This document shows, in pieces, positions 19,589-30,276 of a stretch of DNA of 64,000 nucleotides. The number at the start of each line of letters is the position of its first letter. Within the stretch, counting starts at the first letter, position 1. The position numbers and the translations under genes are program-made. The notes under the pieces are model-generated. The model had not been told where the DNA came from. It ran no database searches and saw only the letters and a program-made list of their open reading frames with translations. Origin of the DNA: an uncultured Candidatus Saccharibacteria bacterium (GTDB taxonomy: Bacteria; Patescibacteriota; Minisyncoccia; Phycocordibacterales; UBA1550); contig CAZXOE010000005.1 of assembly GCA_964642305.1 (NCBI GenBank), positions 13,369-77,368 of the forward strand, given 5' to 3'.

Positions 19589-20086
19589 TGGCATAGCCTC
19601 CAGGATGTAAGCCATCAAACAGTACCCACTCGCTCCGGAAAATGTAAGTCCTGCTCCAACAAAGATGGTAAGTCCTATCCAGTATGGATGCACAAAAATA
19701 GATAGAGCAATACCAGTCAATATAAGAAGTCCCGCGCATAGCATCACTTGGCGAATAATCGGCAGACGATTTCCTTTTCCTCTAACTGCCAGCCCGCTGT
19801 GTTGCCATGCCGTAAGCCCGCCATCCAGGTTAACAACGTTCACGCCTTGTGATTCAAGTAGTTCACACGCTTTTTTGCTTCTAACACCACTACCACAATT
19901 TACATACACAGTCCCATATTGTTTCAATCGATCTACCGCATTAGCAATTTCTCCCGCTGGTATATTTTCAGCTTCTGGAATTGCAATGTCACTATATTCA
20001 ACTGGTTCACGAACATCCACTAGAATCTCGTTGTGATCATCATCATGCAACAGCTCGTTTAGTTTTTTTGGGTCAATATTTTTCAT
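19577..20086 (-). CDS. Rhodanese-domain protein fused to a DUF2892/YgaP-like membrane domain
   Basis: Catalytic Cys loop CGSGVRS; C-terminal two-TM tail. Confidence 0.7.
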   Translation of the reverse strand: MKNIDPKKLNELLHDDDHNEILVDVREPVEYSDIAIPEAENIPAGEIANAVDRLKQYGTVYVNCGSGVRSKKACELLESQGVNVVNLDGGLTAWQHSGLAVRGKGNRLPIIRQVMLCAGLLILTGIALSIFVHPYWIGLTIFVGAGLTFSGASGYCLMAYILEAMPWNK

Positions 20087-20168
20087 ATATTCTATATTAT
20101 CACAAAAAACTATTACACAAAAAATCCCGCCTTGTGGCGAGATATTTTGTTTCGAGCCAGATCTAGAA

Positions 20169-20933
20169 CTAATTTGTAGTTACCAATGATGCTGAAGATG
20201 TTGCAATATTGTTTGCAGAATCTTTTGCCTCAAAGAGTAGCTGGTATGTCGTGCTTGCTGTCAAACCAGTTAGGTTGAATGAATGCGTGAGGCCTAATGT
20301 TGTAGTCGCGAAAAGTGTAGACGGTGTGCTTGTTCCAATGTACAGATTTCCTGTTGATGATTCATTTGTAGTCCACGCAACTGTTGCGGTAGTGCTTGCT
20401 ACGGTAAATGGAACAACTGTTGAAATAACTGGCGCTAGAATATCAGGTGTTGTTGTTGCTCCAGGTGCTGTTGGCACATTTGTACCGAATTTTTTAGCAA
20501 ATCCATATGGAAGCTTCATACAATACTTTCCAAGAGCCTTTGAACTATTTTTATTTTTATCTCCAGATAGCGAAACAACATTCCAGCCGGTATCAATCCT
20601 GCATAAAAAATAATTCAATTTTTTTGCTGGATTAATAACAGGAGTTGTTGTGGCAGTTGTTGTTGCAACTGTTGAACTCGCATAATGACGTTTGTAGTTA
20701 TCGTCATCTTTATCGTCATCGTCATGCTCATTTTTTACTTCCTTTTTAATTTCCTTTATTTCTTTAACCTTATCTTTCTTATCTTTCTTATCGTTCTTAT
20801 CTTTCTTCTCCATCATTTGAGCAGATTTGCGAGGGTCCTTGTCGCCATTTCGCGAAGACTTGTCGCTATCAGCGTAGACGAATGCTGGGGAAACGATTGA
20901 TGCCATCAAAATTACCATTAATATTTTTTTCAT
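20169..20933 (-). CDS. Secreted protein with a K/D-rich low-complexity linker and a C-terminal FN3-like domain
   Basis: Signal peptide; KDKNDKKDKKDK...DDDDKDDD region; Thr-rich beta domain. Confidence 0.5.
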   Translation of the reverse strand: MKKILMVILMASIVSPAFVYADSDKSSRNGDKDPRKSAQMMEKKDKNDKKDKKDKVKEIKEIKKEVKNEHDDDDKDDDNYKRHYASSTVATTTATTTPVINPAKKLNYFLCRIDTGWNVVSLSGDKNKNSSKALGKYCMKLPYGFAKKFGTNVPTAPGATTTPDILAPVISTVVPFTVASTTATVAWTTNESSTGNLYIGTSTPSTLFATTTLGLTHSFNLTGLTASTTYQLLFEAKDSANNIATSSASLVTTN

Positions 20934-21010
20934 ATAAAGTGTTTGTTTAAGTGGGAACGTTTATTATATCCCCTTATTTCTGAAGACGCTTTCGTTCCTA
21001 AAATCTTACA

Positions 21011-21631
21011 CTACTTTACAATCCTAATAAGCACAGGGTGGATACGCTCTGCTATCATCCCATAACCAATATCGTTTGGGTGTATAACGTCAGACATATA
21101 TTTATCATTCCCAAAAAGCCCACTCAAAACATCTGGCACAAGCTCTGTGTCGTATTTGTCTTCTAGTATTTCAAACTCTGTGTCAAAACGGTCATTAAAA
21201 AGTCCACCACGAACACCTAGCAAAAGCACAACAGCCCCGCGCGCGTGAATGTTTTCAATAAGTGTAGAGAGATTTCTAAATGTGTCCTCAGCTGGTATCT
21301 TTCTCAAATGATCGTTCCCTCCAAGAAGAAGCAGTACTACTTTGGGATTGTAGTCATCAAGCTGGTGGATACGCGCGAGTCCATCGACAGTCGTATCTCC
21401 AGCACGCCCCAGGTTTACAATTGGCTCTCCAATCTTTTGCGAAAGGAGCGATACAAAATCATTTCCACTTGTCGAGCCGAGCCCCTCCACCAAACTATCT
21501 CCAAAAGCAATGATGTCTGTCCCACTTGATGGATAGTTTGTGATTGTCTTTTCATTGCGAGCAAAATAAAAAATTACGATTATGCCGAGCGATATAATAA
21601 GAACAGTGAGTATTATAGTGCGAAGCTTCAT
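21011..21631 (-). CDS. SGNH/GDSL hydrolase (TesA-like esterase)
   Basis: GDSxxxG (FGDSLVEG), GGNDH, and DxxHP (DVIHPN). Confidence 0.8.
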   Translation of the reverse strand: MKLRTIILTVLIISLGIIVIFYFARNEKTITNYPSSGTDIIAFGDSLVEGLGSTSGNDFVSLLSQKIGEPIVNLGRAGDTTVDGLARIHQLDDYNPKVVLLLLGGNDHLRKIPAEDTFRNLSTLIENIHARGAVVLLLGVRGGLFNDRFDTEFEILEDKYDTELVPDVLSGLFGNDKYMSDVIHPNDIGYGMIAERIHPVLIRIVK

Positions 21632-21683
21632 TCAAACAGTATATCATCTTGAACGAGCGAATGTATTCTGTCATAATCAAGCT

Positions 21684-22310
21684 ATGTTTGGACTCACACC
21701 AGAAGAACTTGCGATTTTTAGGGACCTTACTACCCCTCAAAAAATCCAAGACTACCTTGACACCATCCCAGCGAACTTGAGCAAAAGGGGCGACACATGT
21801 TTTTCCCCAAGAATGGCTCTAGAAAAAGGGCGCGCGCACTGTATTGAGGGTGCGCTCATTGCTGCGACGGCGCTTTGGATGCACGGAGAGAAACCACTTC
21901 TTCTAGACCTCAAAGCGCTAGACATTGACTACGACCACGTGGTCGCTCTGTATAAAAAAAACGGCTACTGGGGAGCAATAAGTAAAACAAATCATCCGGT
22001 GCTACGCTTTCGCGATCCTGTGTACAAAAGTCCGCGCGAACTTGCTCTCTCCTATTTCCACGAATACACCTTCCCAAAAACAGGACAAAAAACTTTGCGA
22101 AGCTATTCTCGCCCATTTTCATTAAAAAAATTCGGCACTGATTGGATTACCTCGGAAAAACATTTGTGGGACATCGCGCTTGCTCTTGATGATTTTCCAC
22201 ACTACTCTATTGTTCCAAAAGGGCAGGAAAAATTTATCCGCAACTTGTCTGATATTGAACTTACGGCAAGCAAGCTCTCCGAATGGGAACGAAAAGACCC
22301 GAGAACCTAA
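21684..22310 (+). CDS. Hypothetical protein, possibly transglutaminase-like Cys protease fold; start moved to an internal Met to avoid overlap
   Basis: Track ORF 21582..22310 overlaps the upstream gene by 50 nt; the Met at 21684 removes the overlap. Confidence 0.4.
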   Translation: MFGLTPEELAIFRDLTTPQKIQDYLDTIPANLSKRGDTCFSPRMALEKGRAHCIEGALIAATALWMHGEKPLLLDLKALDIDYDHVVALYKKNGYWGAISKTNHPVLRFRDPVYKSPRELALSYFHEYTFPKTGQKTLRSYSRPFSLKKFGTDWITSEKHLWDIALALDDFPHYSIVPKGQEKFIRNLSDIELTASKLSEWERKDPRT

Positions 22311-22330
22311 CCCCACCACTCTCTGTACAG

Positions 22331-23176
22331 CTATTTAGCTTGATGTACAACTCGCTGTGGAAAAGGAATCTCTATCCCTTCTTTATCAAACGCGATTTTG
22401 ATTCTTTTTCTTAGCTCACCAGTGACCCCCCACTGTTCCAAAGGTTTAGTTTCACCGAGGATTTTAATATCTATTGCGGAATCACCGAATTTATCAATCC
22501 TCACAAATTCTGGTGCTTTGATAATCTTTTCCTTCCACTTTGAATCTTCTGCAAGTTCCTTACCAACCCTATTTACAACTTTTTCTACGTGCTCTATGTC
22601 AGCAGAATAAGAAACCCCGACGTTCAAATTCACCCGAGCAAATTCTTTTGAAAGGTTTGAAACGATTTTTATTTCTCCATGTGGCACGTGATGCACTGTC
22701 CCATCCAAGTCACGAAGTTGCGTCATTCGTAAACTTATACTCTCAACAAGTCCGCAAGTTTTATCGAAGCAAACAACATCACCAACACGATATTGATTTT
22801 CTAGTATTAAGAAAACTCCTGTAATGACATCGCGTATCAAGTATTGTCCTCCGAACCCAATCGCAACACCAGCTATACCTGCAGCTGCAAGTATTGGTCC
22901 GATTGCAATACCAATCTCAGACAAAAGCGTTAATCCAGCAATGGATAAAATTGCTACTGTTAAAGCTCCACTAAATATCTGTATAAGGGTTTCTTCTCTC
23001 TTTTTTTCATCTTGCTCTGTTCCGTTTCCACGCACCACAAGGCGCTCTACTATTTTACGAACAAAGCTCCCACTGGCCCTTTGTGCAATATACGCTACGA
23101 TAAGAATTATTGCTATATGTACTCCGTTTACAGAAAGCCACTCTAGCGATGCAGAAGTTAAATTATTTATATTCAT
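22331..23176 (-). CDS. Small-conductance mechanosensitive channel (MscS family)
   Basis: Three TM plus the MscS beta domain pattern (GxxxILENQYRVGDVV). Confidence 0.8.
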   Translation of the reverse strand: MNINNLTSASLEWLSVNGVHIAIILIVAYIAQRASGSFVRKIVERLVVRGNGTEQDEKKREETLIQIFSGALTVAILSIAGLTLLSEIGIAIGPILAAAGIAGVAIGFGGQYLIRDVITGVFLILENQYRVGDVVCFDKTCGLVESISLRMTQLRDLDGTVHHVPHGEIKIVSNLSKEFARVNLNVGVSYSADIEHVEKVVNRVGKELAEDSKWKEKIIKAPEFVRIDKFGDSAIDIKILGETKPLEQWGVTGELRKRIKIAFDKEGIEIPFPQRVVHQAK

Positions 23177-23225
23177 ATACTATATGAATAACGCATTATT
23201 AAAAATGATGCAAGGGTTAATCTAA

Positions 23226-24077
23226 TTACTTCCAGTCTACTGATATTGCTATGCTAAAAATCAGAAGAATTATGATCGAGTAGACAAACATCCTGCGCGC
23301 CCAAATTTTGTCGTTTGCTGAATAGAATCCACTTGCTGAAAGACTGAGCCAACCAAAACCAAACACAATCATTACTAAAAAATATGCGTACCCGGCGTAC
23401 CCAAATACTGGAAGCGCGAATAATGCCATCACAAATAGCGCAACATAAATCAATGTCTGCAGTTTGGTGATTTGAATTCCTTTTTTTACGGGGAGAACCG
23501 GGATTCCTGCTTTTTTATAATCTTCTAATCTATAGATGGCAATCGCAAACGAATGTGGCATTTGCCAGAGCGCGAGAATGAAAAACAAAATCACTGCGCC
23601 AAGGTCAATGCTTCCGCTCACCGCCAAATAGCCAACTACTGGAGGCATAGCTCCTGAAATACTACCAACTATAGTTCCGTGCGTTGAGGTGCGCTTGAGC
23701 CACCTACTGTACACAACAACATACACAAAGAGGCCGAGAATTGCCGCAAGTACCGCGAGAAGATTCGTATAAAAATATAAGATGAGAAGACCTAAAATCG
23801 CGAGAACCTTTCCAAAAACGAGCGCGTTTCGTGGAGAAATTGTCCCCATCACCAATGCGCGAGTTTTTGTACGCTCCATAAGTCCGTCTATGTCGCGGTC
23901 AATGTAGTTGTTCATCACACATCCAGAGGCAACCACGAGCGAAAGTCCTGCGAGTGTCGCGAGCATTAGCCACAAATCAATGTTTTTTCCCGAGGCAAGT
24001 AAAAAACCAGCAACAACAGTAATCGCATTGCCACTAATAATCCCCGGCTTGGTGAGTTGGTAATAGTCTTTAATCAA
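23226..24077 (-). CDS. cyoE: Protoheme IX farnesyltransferase (heme O synthase)
   Basis: UbiA-family motif NNYIDRDIDGLMERTKTR; sits downstream of cyoABCD. Confidence 0.85.
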   Translation of the reverse strand: MIKDYYQLTKPGIISGNAITVVAGFLLASGKNIDLWLMLATLAGLSLVVASGCVMNNYIDRDIDGLMERTKTRALVMGTISPRNALVFGKVLAILGLLILYFYTNLLAVLAAILGLFVYVVVYSRWLKRTSTHGTIVGSISGAMPPVVGYLAVSGSIDLGAVILFFILALWQMPHSFAIAIYRLEDYKKAGIPVLPVKKGIQITKLQTLIYVALFVMALFALPVFGYAGYAYFLVMIVFGFGWLSLSASGFYSANDKIWARRMFVYSIIILLIFSIAISVDWK

Positions 24078-24104
24078 ATTAGTAATGATACAGTTCGATA
24101 AAAT

Positions 24105-24377
24105 CTACTTCAAGGAAATCACCTGAATGCCTTTTTCTTGTATATCTTCCAACGGCCAAAATGCTGTCAATTCGTCAATTTTCCACCTGCCGACGTATCC
24201 AACTTTCTTTTCTATTTCTCTACCAGTATAGTTTTTTGTTATTGGGTCCCATTCCTTAAGGAGCAGATTGTCTCCTTCCTCAATATCAAAATCATTGAGG
24301 CGTAGCTCAAAAGTCTTTTTGTTCTCAAGTATTTGTTGAAAATATTCTGGCCAAACTTTTTTCTCTATTTTTTTCAT
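24105..24377 (-). CDS. Small ASCH/DUF3850-like protein inserted between cyoD and cyoE
   Basis: 90 aa; WPEYFQQILENKKTFELR resembles DUF3850 (recalled from memory). Confidence 0.4.
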   Translation of the reverse strand: MKKIEKKVWPEYFQQILENKKTFELRLNDFDIEEGDNLLLKEWDPITKNYTGREIEKKVGYVGRWKIDELTAFWPLEDIQEKGIQVISLK

Positions 24378-24383
24378 AATAAT

Positions 24384-24761
24384 TTACTGCGGAATATATC
24401 CCTCGTTTGAATTTGTGGGGGTCGCGTTCATCATATTGTAATTTAGATTTGCCATAACCCAAAGCGACCCAACGACAAGAATAGCAACGATGATAATTGT
24501 AAAAGTAAGGACGATTATATTCCACTGCGGTTTTGATTTTTTGCTTAAATGAAGAAAGAATATCACCTGCACCAAGAGTTGTGCGACACCAAAAAGAACA
24601 ACTGCCATAACTAAACTTTGCTTTCCAAACATATGATTGACAACAATAAAATATGGGATAAGCGTGAGTATTACAGACAGCGCAAACCCAGTCACGTAAG
24701 AGCGCATCGCAAAGCGACTAGCCTCGTATTGTTCATCAATTACTTTAAAATCATTTTTCAT
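24384..24761 (-). CDS. cyoD: Cytochrome o ubiquinol oxidase subunit IV
   Basis: Three-TM small subunit downstream of cyoC. Confidence 0.7.
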   Translation of the reverse strand: MKNDFKVIDEQYEASRFAMRSYVTGFALSVILTLIPYFIVVNHMFGKQSLVMAVVLFGVAQLLVQVIFFLHLSKKSKPQWNIIVLTFTIIIVAILVVGSLWVMANLNYNMMNATPTNSNEGYIPQ

Positions 24762-24765
24762 ATCA

Positions 24766-25362
24766 TTAAATAGCGCCCATTAGGTATACGAATGTGAAAA
24801 TAAATATCCACACAATATAAAGGAAGTGCCAGAATATGCCTAGGTTTGATATTTTGCCTATCGTCCTCACCGTTAACCCTCTTCTCAGCACCTGCGCAAG
24901 TATGCTCCACATCCAAACAAGTCCTGCTGTCACATGAAGTCCGTGCGTGCCAACTAGCGCAAAAAATCCCGACAAAAATCCGCTCACCTGCCAACTGCTT
25001 CCACTCTGATAAAGCTTCACGAACTCAGACAATTCCATTCCAATAAATGTTGCTCCGAACAAAAATGTCACAACCAACCAAAGAACCACTTTGTCCTTCT
25101 CGTTCTTATGATGCGCGTAAAACGACGCCAGTCCGTATGTGAAACTGCTTGCGAGAAGGACGAACGTTTCCGCAAGGACAAACGGCATACTAAATATGTC
25201 ACTTGCTGACGGCCCACCAAAGGTATTGTTGTGAAGCACAGTATATGTTGCAAAAATCGCGCCAAAAAGCAGAGCATCGCTCATAATATAGACCCAGAAA
25301 CCAAAGAGCGCCTTTGATTCTCTCTTACTTGTTTCTCTTGTGTTTAAAATTTCTGTAGTCAT
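24766..25362 (-). CDS. cyoC: Cytochrome o ubiquinol oxidase subunit III
   Basis: Heme-copper oxidase subunit III pattern; five TM. Confidence 0.8.
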   Translation of the reverse strand: MTTEILNTRETSKRESKALFGFWVYIMSDALLFGAIFATYTVLHNNTFGGPSASDIFSMPFVLAETFVLLASSFTYGLASFYAHHKNEKDKVVLWLVVTFLFGATFIGMELSEFVKLYQSGSSWQVSGFLSGFFALVGTHGLHVTAGLVWMWSILAQVLRRGLTVRTIGKISNLGIFWHFLYIVWIFIFTFVYLMGAI

Positions 25363-27332
25363 AGTAATTGTAATTTTCTCTGTGGGTTTTTTGCTTCTAT
25401 TTTTGCGACCTCGTCCGCTGTTATCACATACTCAGTATCATAATCAAAAGAACGAACAATGATGAGCAAAACAACGCCAACTGCTCCTGCTACAGCAAGC
25501 CACCAAATATGCCATACTAAACCAAATCCAAAAAGAAATGCTGATAGTGCAACATAAAGCCCCATCGCTGTATTTTTTGGCATCTCAATATCCTCATAAT
25601 GAGCTTGCTCTTGCTTGGCTGTGCCGTGCTTCATATCCCAAAACGCGTGGCGTCCATGAACGGTTGGAATAATAGCAAAATTATAAAAAGGTGGCGGGGA
25701 TGCTGTAGACCATTCCAGTGTCCTGCCGTCCCACGGGTCGCCAGTCGTATCCAGATTGTGTCTTCGGTCACGTATACTAATAATGAGTTGTAATATCTGG
25801 AGCGCGACACCAATACCAATAATCACGACACCTGCCATAGAAATATAGAGCATCGGCTCCCATCCAGTCCCAGCATCTATGTGACTCAAGCGACGCGTCA
25901 TCCCCATTAGGCCTACAATATAAAGTGGAACAAATGTCACAAAGAAGCCGATTATCCAGTGCCAAAAAGCAGCCTTGCCCAGCCGTTCGCTCAACTTAAA
26001 GCCAAAAATCTTTGAAAACCAATATGTGAGACCAGCAAAATATCCGAACACCACACCACCAATAATAGTATTGTGAAAATGAGCAATTAAGAACAGGCTA
26101 TTGTGAAACTGAAAATCAGCAGCAGGAACAGATAGGAGTACGCCCGTCATTCCGCCGATAGTAAATGTAAAAATAAAACCAACCAACCAGAGCATCGGTG
26201 AAGCAAATACGATACTCCCGCGAAACATTGTGAAGAGCCAATTGAAAACTTTTACACCAGTAGGGATAGCGATGATCATCGTCATAATACCAAAGAACGC
26301 ATTTACGTTTGCGCCCGCGCCCATTGTGAAAAAGTGATGCACCCAAACCACAAATGACAAAAATGTAATAGCGATGGTCGCGTATATCATTGATGTATAC
26401 CCAAAAAGTTTCTTGCGTGAGAAAGTTGATACGACTTCAGAGAAGATACCAAATGCGGGCAATATTAGGATATAAACCTCTGGATGCCCCCACGCCCAAA
26501 TGAGATTCACATACATCATAGCGTTACCGCCAAAGTCCGATGTAAAAAAGTGCATTCCAAGAAGTCGGTCAAGGGATAGCATACCGAGTGTTGCTGTGAG
26601 AATTGGAAAAGTAATAATAACAAGCGCCATTGACGCAAAAACTGTCCACGTAAAAACTGGCATTCTCATAAGCGTCATCCCATGGCAACGCATCATAAGG
26701 ATAGTCACAAAAAAGTTTATACCCGACATCAAACTACCTACACCCGCTATTTGTAACGCCCAAATATAATAGTCTACACCTACGCCAGGGCTATACAATA
26801 TTCCAGAAAGTGGCGGATATGCGAGCCATCCAGTCGCAGCAAACTCTCCCACGACAAGTGATAGATTCACGAGCACTGCTCCAGCAACCGTGAACCAAAG
26901 ACTGAGCGAGTTAAGAAAAGGAAAGGCGACATCACGCGCGCCTATTTGTAGTGGCACAGCCAAGTTTATGAGCCCAAACATTAACGGCATAGCGACAAAG
27001 AAAATCATAATCACGCCGTGCGCTGTGAATATCTGGTCGTAATGCTCTGGTGGTAAATAGCCAAGTGAGTCACCGATTGACAACACCTGCTGTAAACGCA
27101 TCATCACTGCGTCAGAAAATCCGCGTAAAATCATTACGAAGGCGAGAATAATATACATCACACCTATTTTTTTGTGGTCTAAGGACGTGAGCCATTCTTT
27201 CCAAAGCCACTTCCATCGTTTGAAATAAAACAAAAGGCCGATAATACTGACACCAGCAACAGCCATAAAAATACCAGCTCCAACTGTAAGTGGTTCGTGA
27301 GGAAATGCTCCAAGTGTAAGGTTGCCAAGCAT
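25359..27332 (-). CDS. cyoB: Cytochrome o ubiquinol oxidase subunit I
   Basis: [17 protein letters not shown] and WAHHMF-type His ligands; 657 aa. Confidence 0.9.
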   Translation of the reverse strand: MLGNLTLGAFPHEPLTVGAGIFMAVAGVSIIGLLFYFKRWKWLWKEWLTSLDHKKIGVMYIILAFVMILRGFSDAVMMRLQQVLSIGDSLGYLPPEHYDQIFTAHGVIMIFFVAMPLMFGLINLAVPLQIGARDVAFPFLNSLSLWFTVAGAVLVNLSLVVGEFAATGWLAYPPLSGILYSPGVGVDYYIWALQIAGVGSLMSGINFFVTILMMRCHGMTLMRMPVFTWTVFASMALVIITFPILTATLGMLSLDRLLGMHFFTSDFGGNAMMYVNLIWAWGHPEVYILILPAFGIFSEVVSTFSRKKLFGYTSMIYATIAITFLSFVVWVHHFFTMGAGANVNAFFGIMTMIIAIPTGVKVFNWLFTMFRGSIVFASPMLWLVGFIFTFTIGGMTGVLLSVPAADFQFHNSLFLIAHFHNTIIGGVVFGYFAGLTYWFSKIFGFKLSERLGKAAFWHWIIGFFVTFVPLYIVGLMGMTRRLSHIDAGTGWEPMLYISMAGVVIIGIGVALQILQLIISIRDRRHNLDTTGDPWDGRTLEWSTASPPPFYNFAIIPTVHGRHAFWDMKHGTAKQEQAHYEDIEMPKNTAMGLYVALSAFLFGFGLVWHIWWLAVAGAVGVVLLIIVRSFDYDTEYVITADEVAKIEAKNPQRKLQLL

Positions 27333-27344
27333 AAAATTATTATA

Positions 27345-28241
27345 TTACATGCGCATCTCAGGCATGGACATAGGAACTGACATTTCTCTAGGTATCATAT
27401 ATTTCATTATTATTTTATCATAAAGACTAACTTCAGTGGACGAATAATATGCAACGTTATTATTTCTGCTTTTTTCTGCAAGTTTTTCGTATTCATTAAA
27501 ATTTAAAGTGTCTGGTGACTGTTGTACAATTTGTAACCATTGATCAAATTCTTCCTGAGATGTCGCCTTTGCGATAAATTTCATTCCAGAAAAACCATAA
27601 CCACTATAGTTTGCAGACACTCCATTGTATTCTCCAGCCTCGTTCGCCATTAGATGAAGACTCGTATCCATTCCCGCCATAGCATATATCTGCCCAGCGA
27701 GTTGTGGAATCCAAAATGAATTCATTGGCGCGTCACCAGTGATTCTAAAATGAATAGGAGTATCAACAGGGAATGCTATAAAATTTACAGTTGCAATATT
27801 CTGCTCTGGGTAAATAAACAACCATTTCCACTCAAGTGCCACTACTTGTATCGTGATGGGTGGAATACTTGAATCAATAGGTTTGAATGGATCAAGCTCG
27901 TGGCTACTTACCCATGTCATCCTTGCAATAAATACAATAATTATTATTGGAATAGTCCACCAAATTATTTCAAGTGCATTATTGCTGTGCCAATCAGGAG
28001 TATATTTCGCTTTTGTGTTACTTGCGCGGTATCTCCAGGAAAAAACCGCGAGCATAATGAACACTGGAATGACCACAATTAACATTAGAAGTGTTGTCGT
28101 GACAATGAGATTCATCTCCGCGAGAGCAATAATGCCTTTTGGATTGAACACGCCCATATTGTGAGTGCTGATATAAACGTACAGAAACACAAAAAATACT
28201 AAAATAGCGACGAATAAAATCGCTCGCATATACTTTTTCAT
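27345..28241 (-). CDS. cyoA: Cytochrome o ubiquinol oxidase subunit II (quinol oxidase type, no CuA cysteines)
   Basis: NSFWIPQLAGQIYAMAGM...LHLMANEAG...GFSGMKF closely matches CyoA; lacks the CuA Cys motif. Confidence 0.85.
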   Translation of the reverse strand: MKKYMRAILFVAILVFFVFLYVYISTHNMGVFNPKGIIALAEMNLIVTTTLLMLIVVIPVFIMLAVFSWRYRASNTKAKYTPDWHSNNALEIIWWTIPIIIIVFIARMTWVSSHELDPFKPIDSSIPPITIQVVALEWKWLFIYPEQNIATVNFIAFPVDTPIHFRITGDAPMNSFWIPQLAGQIYAMAGMDTSLHLMANEAGEYNGVSANYSGYGFSGMKFIAKATSQEEFDQWLQIVQQSPDTLNFNEYEKLAEKSRNNNVAYYSSTEVSLYDKIIMKYMIPREMSVPMSMPEMRM

Positions 28242-28283
28242 ACCACCATTTTACCATAAACACCATCAGATAGACATATTGAA

Positions 28284-28838
28284 TCACAAAGCCGCTGCAA
28301 GAGTAACAATAAGAAAAATCCCTGTTGAATTTAGAACAAACGCAAGCAGAACGAACTGCCATGTTTTTATTTTTGAAAGCCCCATTAGAGCAATTCCCAC
28401 TTCATCTGGAAAAGGAGACGCAATAATGATTGCTCCTGCCACAGGAACAACCCAAGCAAAATATGGCGTACGCGCGAGCGCGTCCAAATATGGGCCCTTG
28501 AAACTTCTAAAGAAAGGGCGGAGTTCTTCAAAGACGCCATCTTTTAGAAAACTAAAAATAATAAGGTCTCCAATTACCGCTCCAGCTCCGGAGTAGAGCG
28601 CGATTAAAATTGGATTGAACTCCTCCGCAAGATGAAAAAGTACAAGCGAAGATGGGGCAACTGTAAATGTTGATACAAAGAACACACCAGTCACGAACGC
28701 TCCAAAATATCCAAAATCCCCGATACTCTTTATGATAGAGTGCGCCACCTCGGTGTCTATGAGAAAAAACAGCACAATCAGACTGAAGATCAGGAGTGAT
28801 GTATTTTTATATTTCCACTTTAGGGCTCTATCAATCAT
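28284..28838 (-). CDS. Hypothetical polytopic membrane protein
   Basis: 184 aa with about 5 TM. Confidence 0.4.
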   Translation of the reverse strand: MIDRALKWKYKNTSLLIFSLIVLFFLIDTEVAHSIIKSIGDFGYFGAFVTGVFFVSTFTVAPSSLVLFHLAEEFNPILIALYSGAGAVIGDLIIFSFLKDGVFEELRPFFRSFKGPYLDALARTPYFAWVVPVAGAIIIASPFPDEVGIALMGLSKIKTWQFVLLAFVLNSTGIFLIVTLAAAL

Positions 28839-28876
28839 ATGTTACGGTTCAAAGCGCACACTAATACATCTAATAA

Positions 28877-29131
28877 CTAGTTCTTCTTGCTAAAGAGTTC
28901 GTTAAATTTTAGTTTAAGAATTCCAAATAGATACACGATCTCAAGTAGTCCAAGCGTGTTAACTACAAGCAGTATTGCAAACCACCACACTTGCCCCCTT
29001 CTTCCTGAGTGCCATAGTGAAAGCCCTTTCCAAAGAACACTCCAAAAAAGTATAGCTAAAAGCACCTCTGACGAATACATATTGCCAAAGGCAGGAGAAC
29101 CAAATGCAAGCATGGAATTAAAGTTACTCAT
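28877..29131 (-). CDS. Small membrane protein, DUF5652-like
   Basis: LWKGLSLWHSGRR...WFAILLVVNTLGLLEIVYLF pattern (recalled from memory). Confidence 0.4.
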   Translation of the reverse strand: MSNFNSMLAFGSPAFGNMYSSEVLLAILFWSVLWKGLSLWHSGRRGQVWWFAILLVVNTLGLLEIVYLFGILKLKFNELFSKKN

Positions 29132-29161
29132 ATATATGTGATGTTATTTATATTACAATAA

Positions 29162-29629
29162 CTACAAAATAGAACGAAGTAGCGGGATGCGACCTAGAAA
29201 TGAATTTTTGAGCATCCCGCTAAAACCAAACTCCTGCGCTGGTGTCCAGAGTGCGATAAGTACAAAGACTGCCGCATAAATAATATGCTCCTCAACAATG
29301 TATCCGTGAGTTACAGCTGGAAAATCATAATGTGGGAAATAATAAATGATCATAAGGAGAGCTCCGGCCCATGAAGCAACACGCACACCAACACCGAGCA
29401 AAAGAGCAACACCAATAAGTGTGATCGCCCATGGATTCACAAAATCAACCCATCCAATATTCATTGGGAGGGCAAACCATGAATAAAAACCTTGGAATGT
29501 CTTTGCATTAGTAAGAAAACCAAATGCGGAGAAATTTGGATTAAGAAGAATTCCAATACCATCAAAAAGCATAAACCATCCTAAAAGCATGCGGAGAGCT
29601 GTCGCTGAAATCTTTATTTTGGTGTCCAT
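29162..29629 (-). CDS. DoxX-family membrane protein
   Basis: About 4 TM and DoxX-like composition; adjacent to the cyo operon. Confidence 0.45.
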   Translation of the reverse strand: MDTKIKISATALRMLLGWFMLFDGIGILLNPNFSAFGFLTNAKTFQGFYSWFALPMNIGWVDFVNPWAITLIGVALLLGVGVRVASWAGALLMIIYYFPHYDFPAVTHGYIVEEHIIYAAVFVLIALWTPAQEFGFSGMLKNSFLGRIPLLRSIL

Positions 29630-29720
29630 ACGATAATAAATTATTAACTTATAACACCCTAATTATACTCCAGATTTTAACAAACAAAAAGCGATTCCGT
29701 CGTGTACTATTATTTTCTTG

Positions 29721-29739
29721 GCTGCGAGACCTGGATTCG
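29721..29739 (-). repeat. 19 bp direct repeat identical to the 3' end of tRNA-Gln (attR-like)
   Basis: GCTGCGAGACCTGGATTCG is identical to 31703-31721. Confidence 0.8.
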
Positions 29740-29850
29740 CCTCTCGCGTTGCTACTCTCGAAACCTACGTCACTGTTCCAGGAACCGAATTTGCTAATTC
29801 GTCTTCGAGGACTGCGGCCCGCGGTTCGAATTCGTACACTCGCGTATACC

Positions 29851-29880
29851 AAAAAACACTAGCCCCTGCTAGTGTTTTTT
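29851..29880. terminator. Perfect bidirectional terminator hairpin
   Basis: AAAAAACACTAGC-CCCT-GCTAGTGTTTTTT. Confidence 0.8.
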
Positions 29881-29990
29881 GGTATGACTGGCAGTCCTGA
29901 ATGATATTCGCACACTACACACAAATATGGACGCAGAATTCCAGCACACAATACGACTCGTGCGTCATATTACCCAGGTGTGTACAAAAT

Positions 29991-30185
29991 CTAATCCAGA
30001 AGAGAGGCCTTTCTACTAGAGGCACGTCTTTGCTCACTAGGTAAGGCTTTGGAGAGCTGTGTGTACAGGTGGATCAAGCGGAAGGTCATTTCACTTGCCT
30101 CTGTAATTGAGAGCGTTTCACCGGTATCTTCTCGGTAGATTTCTATAAATTCCTGGAGCTCAGCCTCGCTTAATTTCATGACCAT
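29991..30185 (-). CDS. Small hypothetical protein within the Fic islet
   Basis: 64 aa ORF. Confidence 0.3.
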   Translation of the reverse strand: MVMKLSEAELQEFIEIYREDTGETLSITEASEMTFRLIHLYTQLSKALPSEQRRASSRKASLLD

Positions 30186-30276
30186 CTAATACTAGTCAAC
30201 CTCCTGCATGCAACATAGACGAGAGTATTTGCCAGCGAGGCTGGCTATCGCCCCAAAGCAATCAGCCTAGTGAATA

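Noticed and set aside
29740-29850. Possible fourth, degenerate copy of the structured repeat family
   Set aside because: It shares only a 14-mer (GAATTTGCTAATTC) and a GAATTCG motif with copy A. Block order is not preserved, so it is not counted as a family member.
29700-29880. Possible second tRNA or tmRNA-like gene, because it starts with a tRNA 3' end sequence
   Set aside because: Only the 3' 19 nt of tRNA-Gln is present. The T-loop is corrupted (GGCGAATCC) and no D or anticodon arm can be drawn. It is interpreted as an att-like partial duplication.
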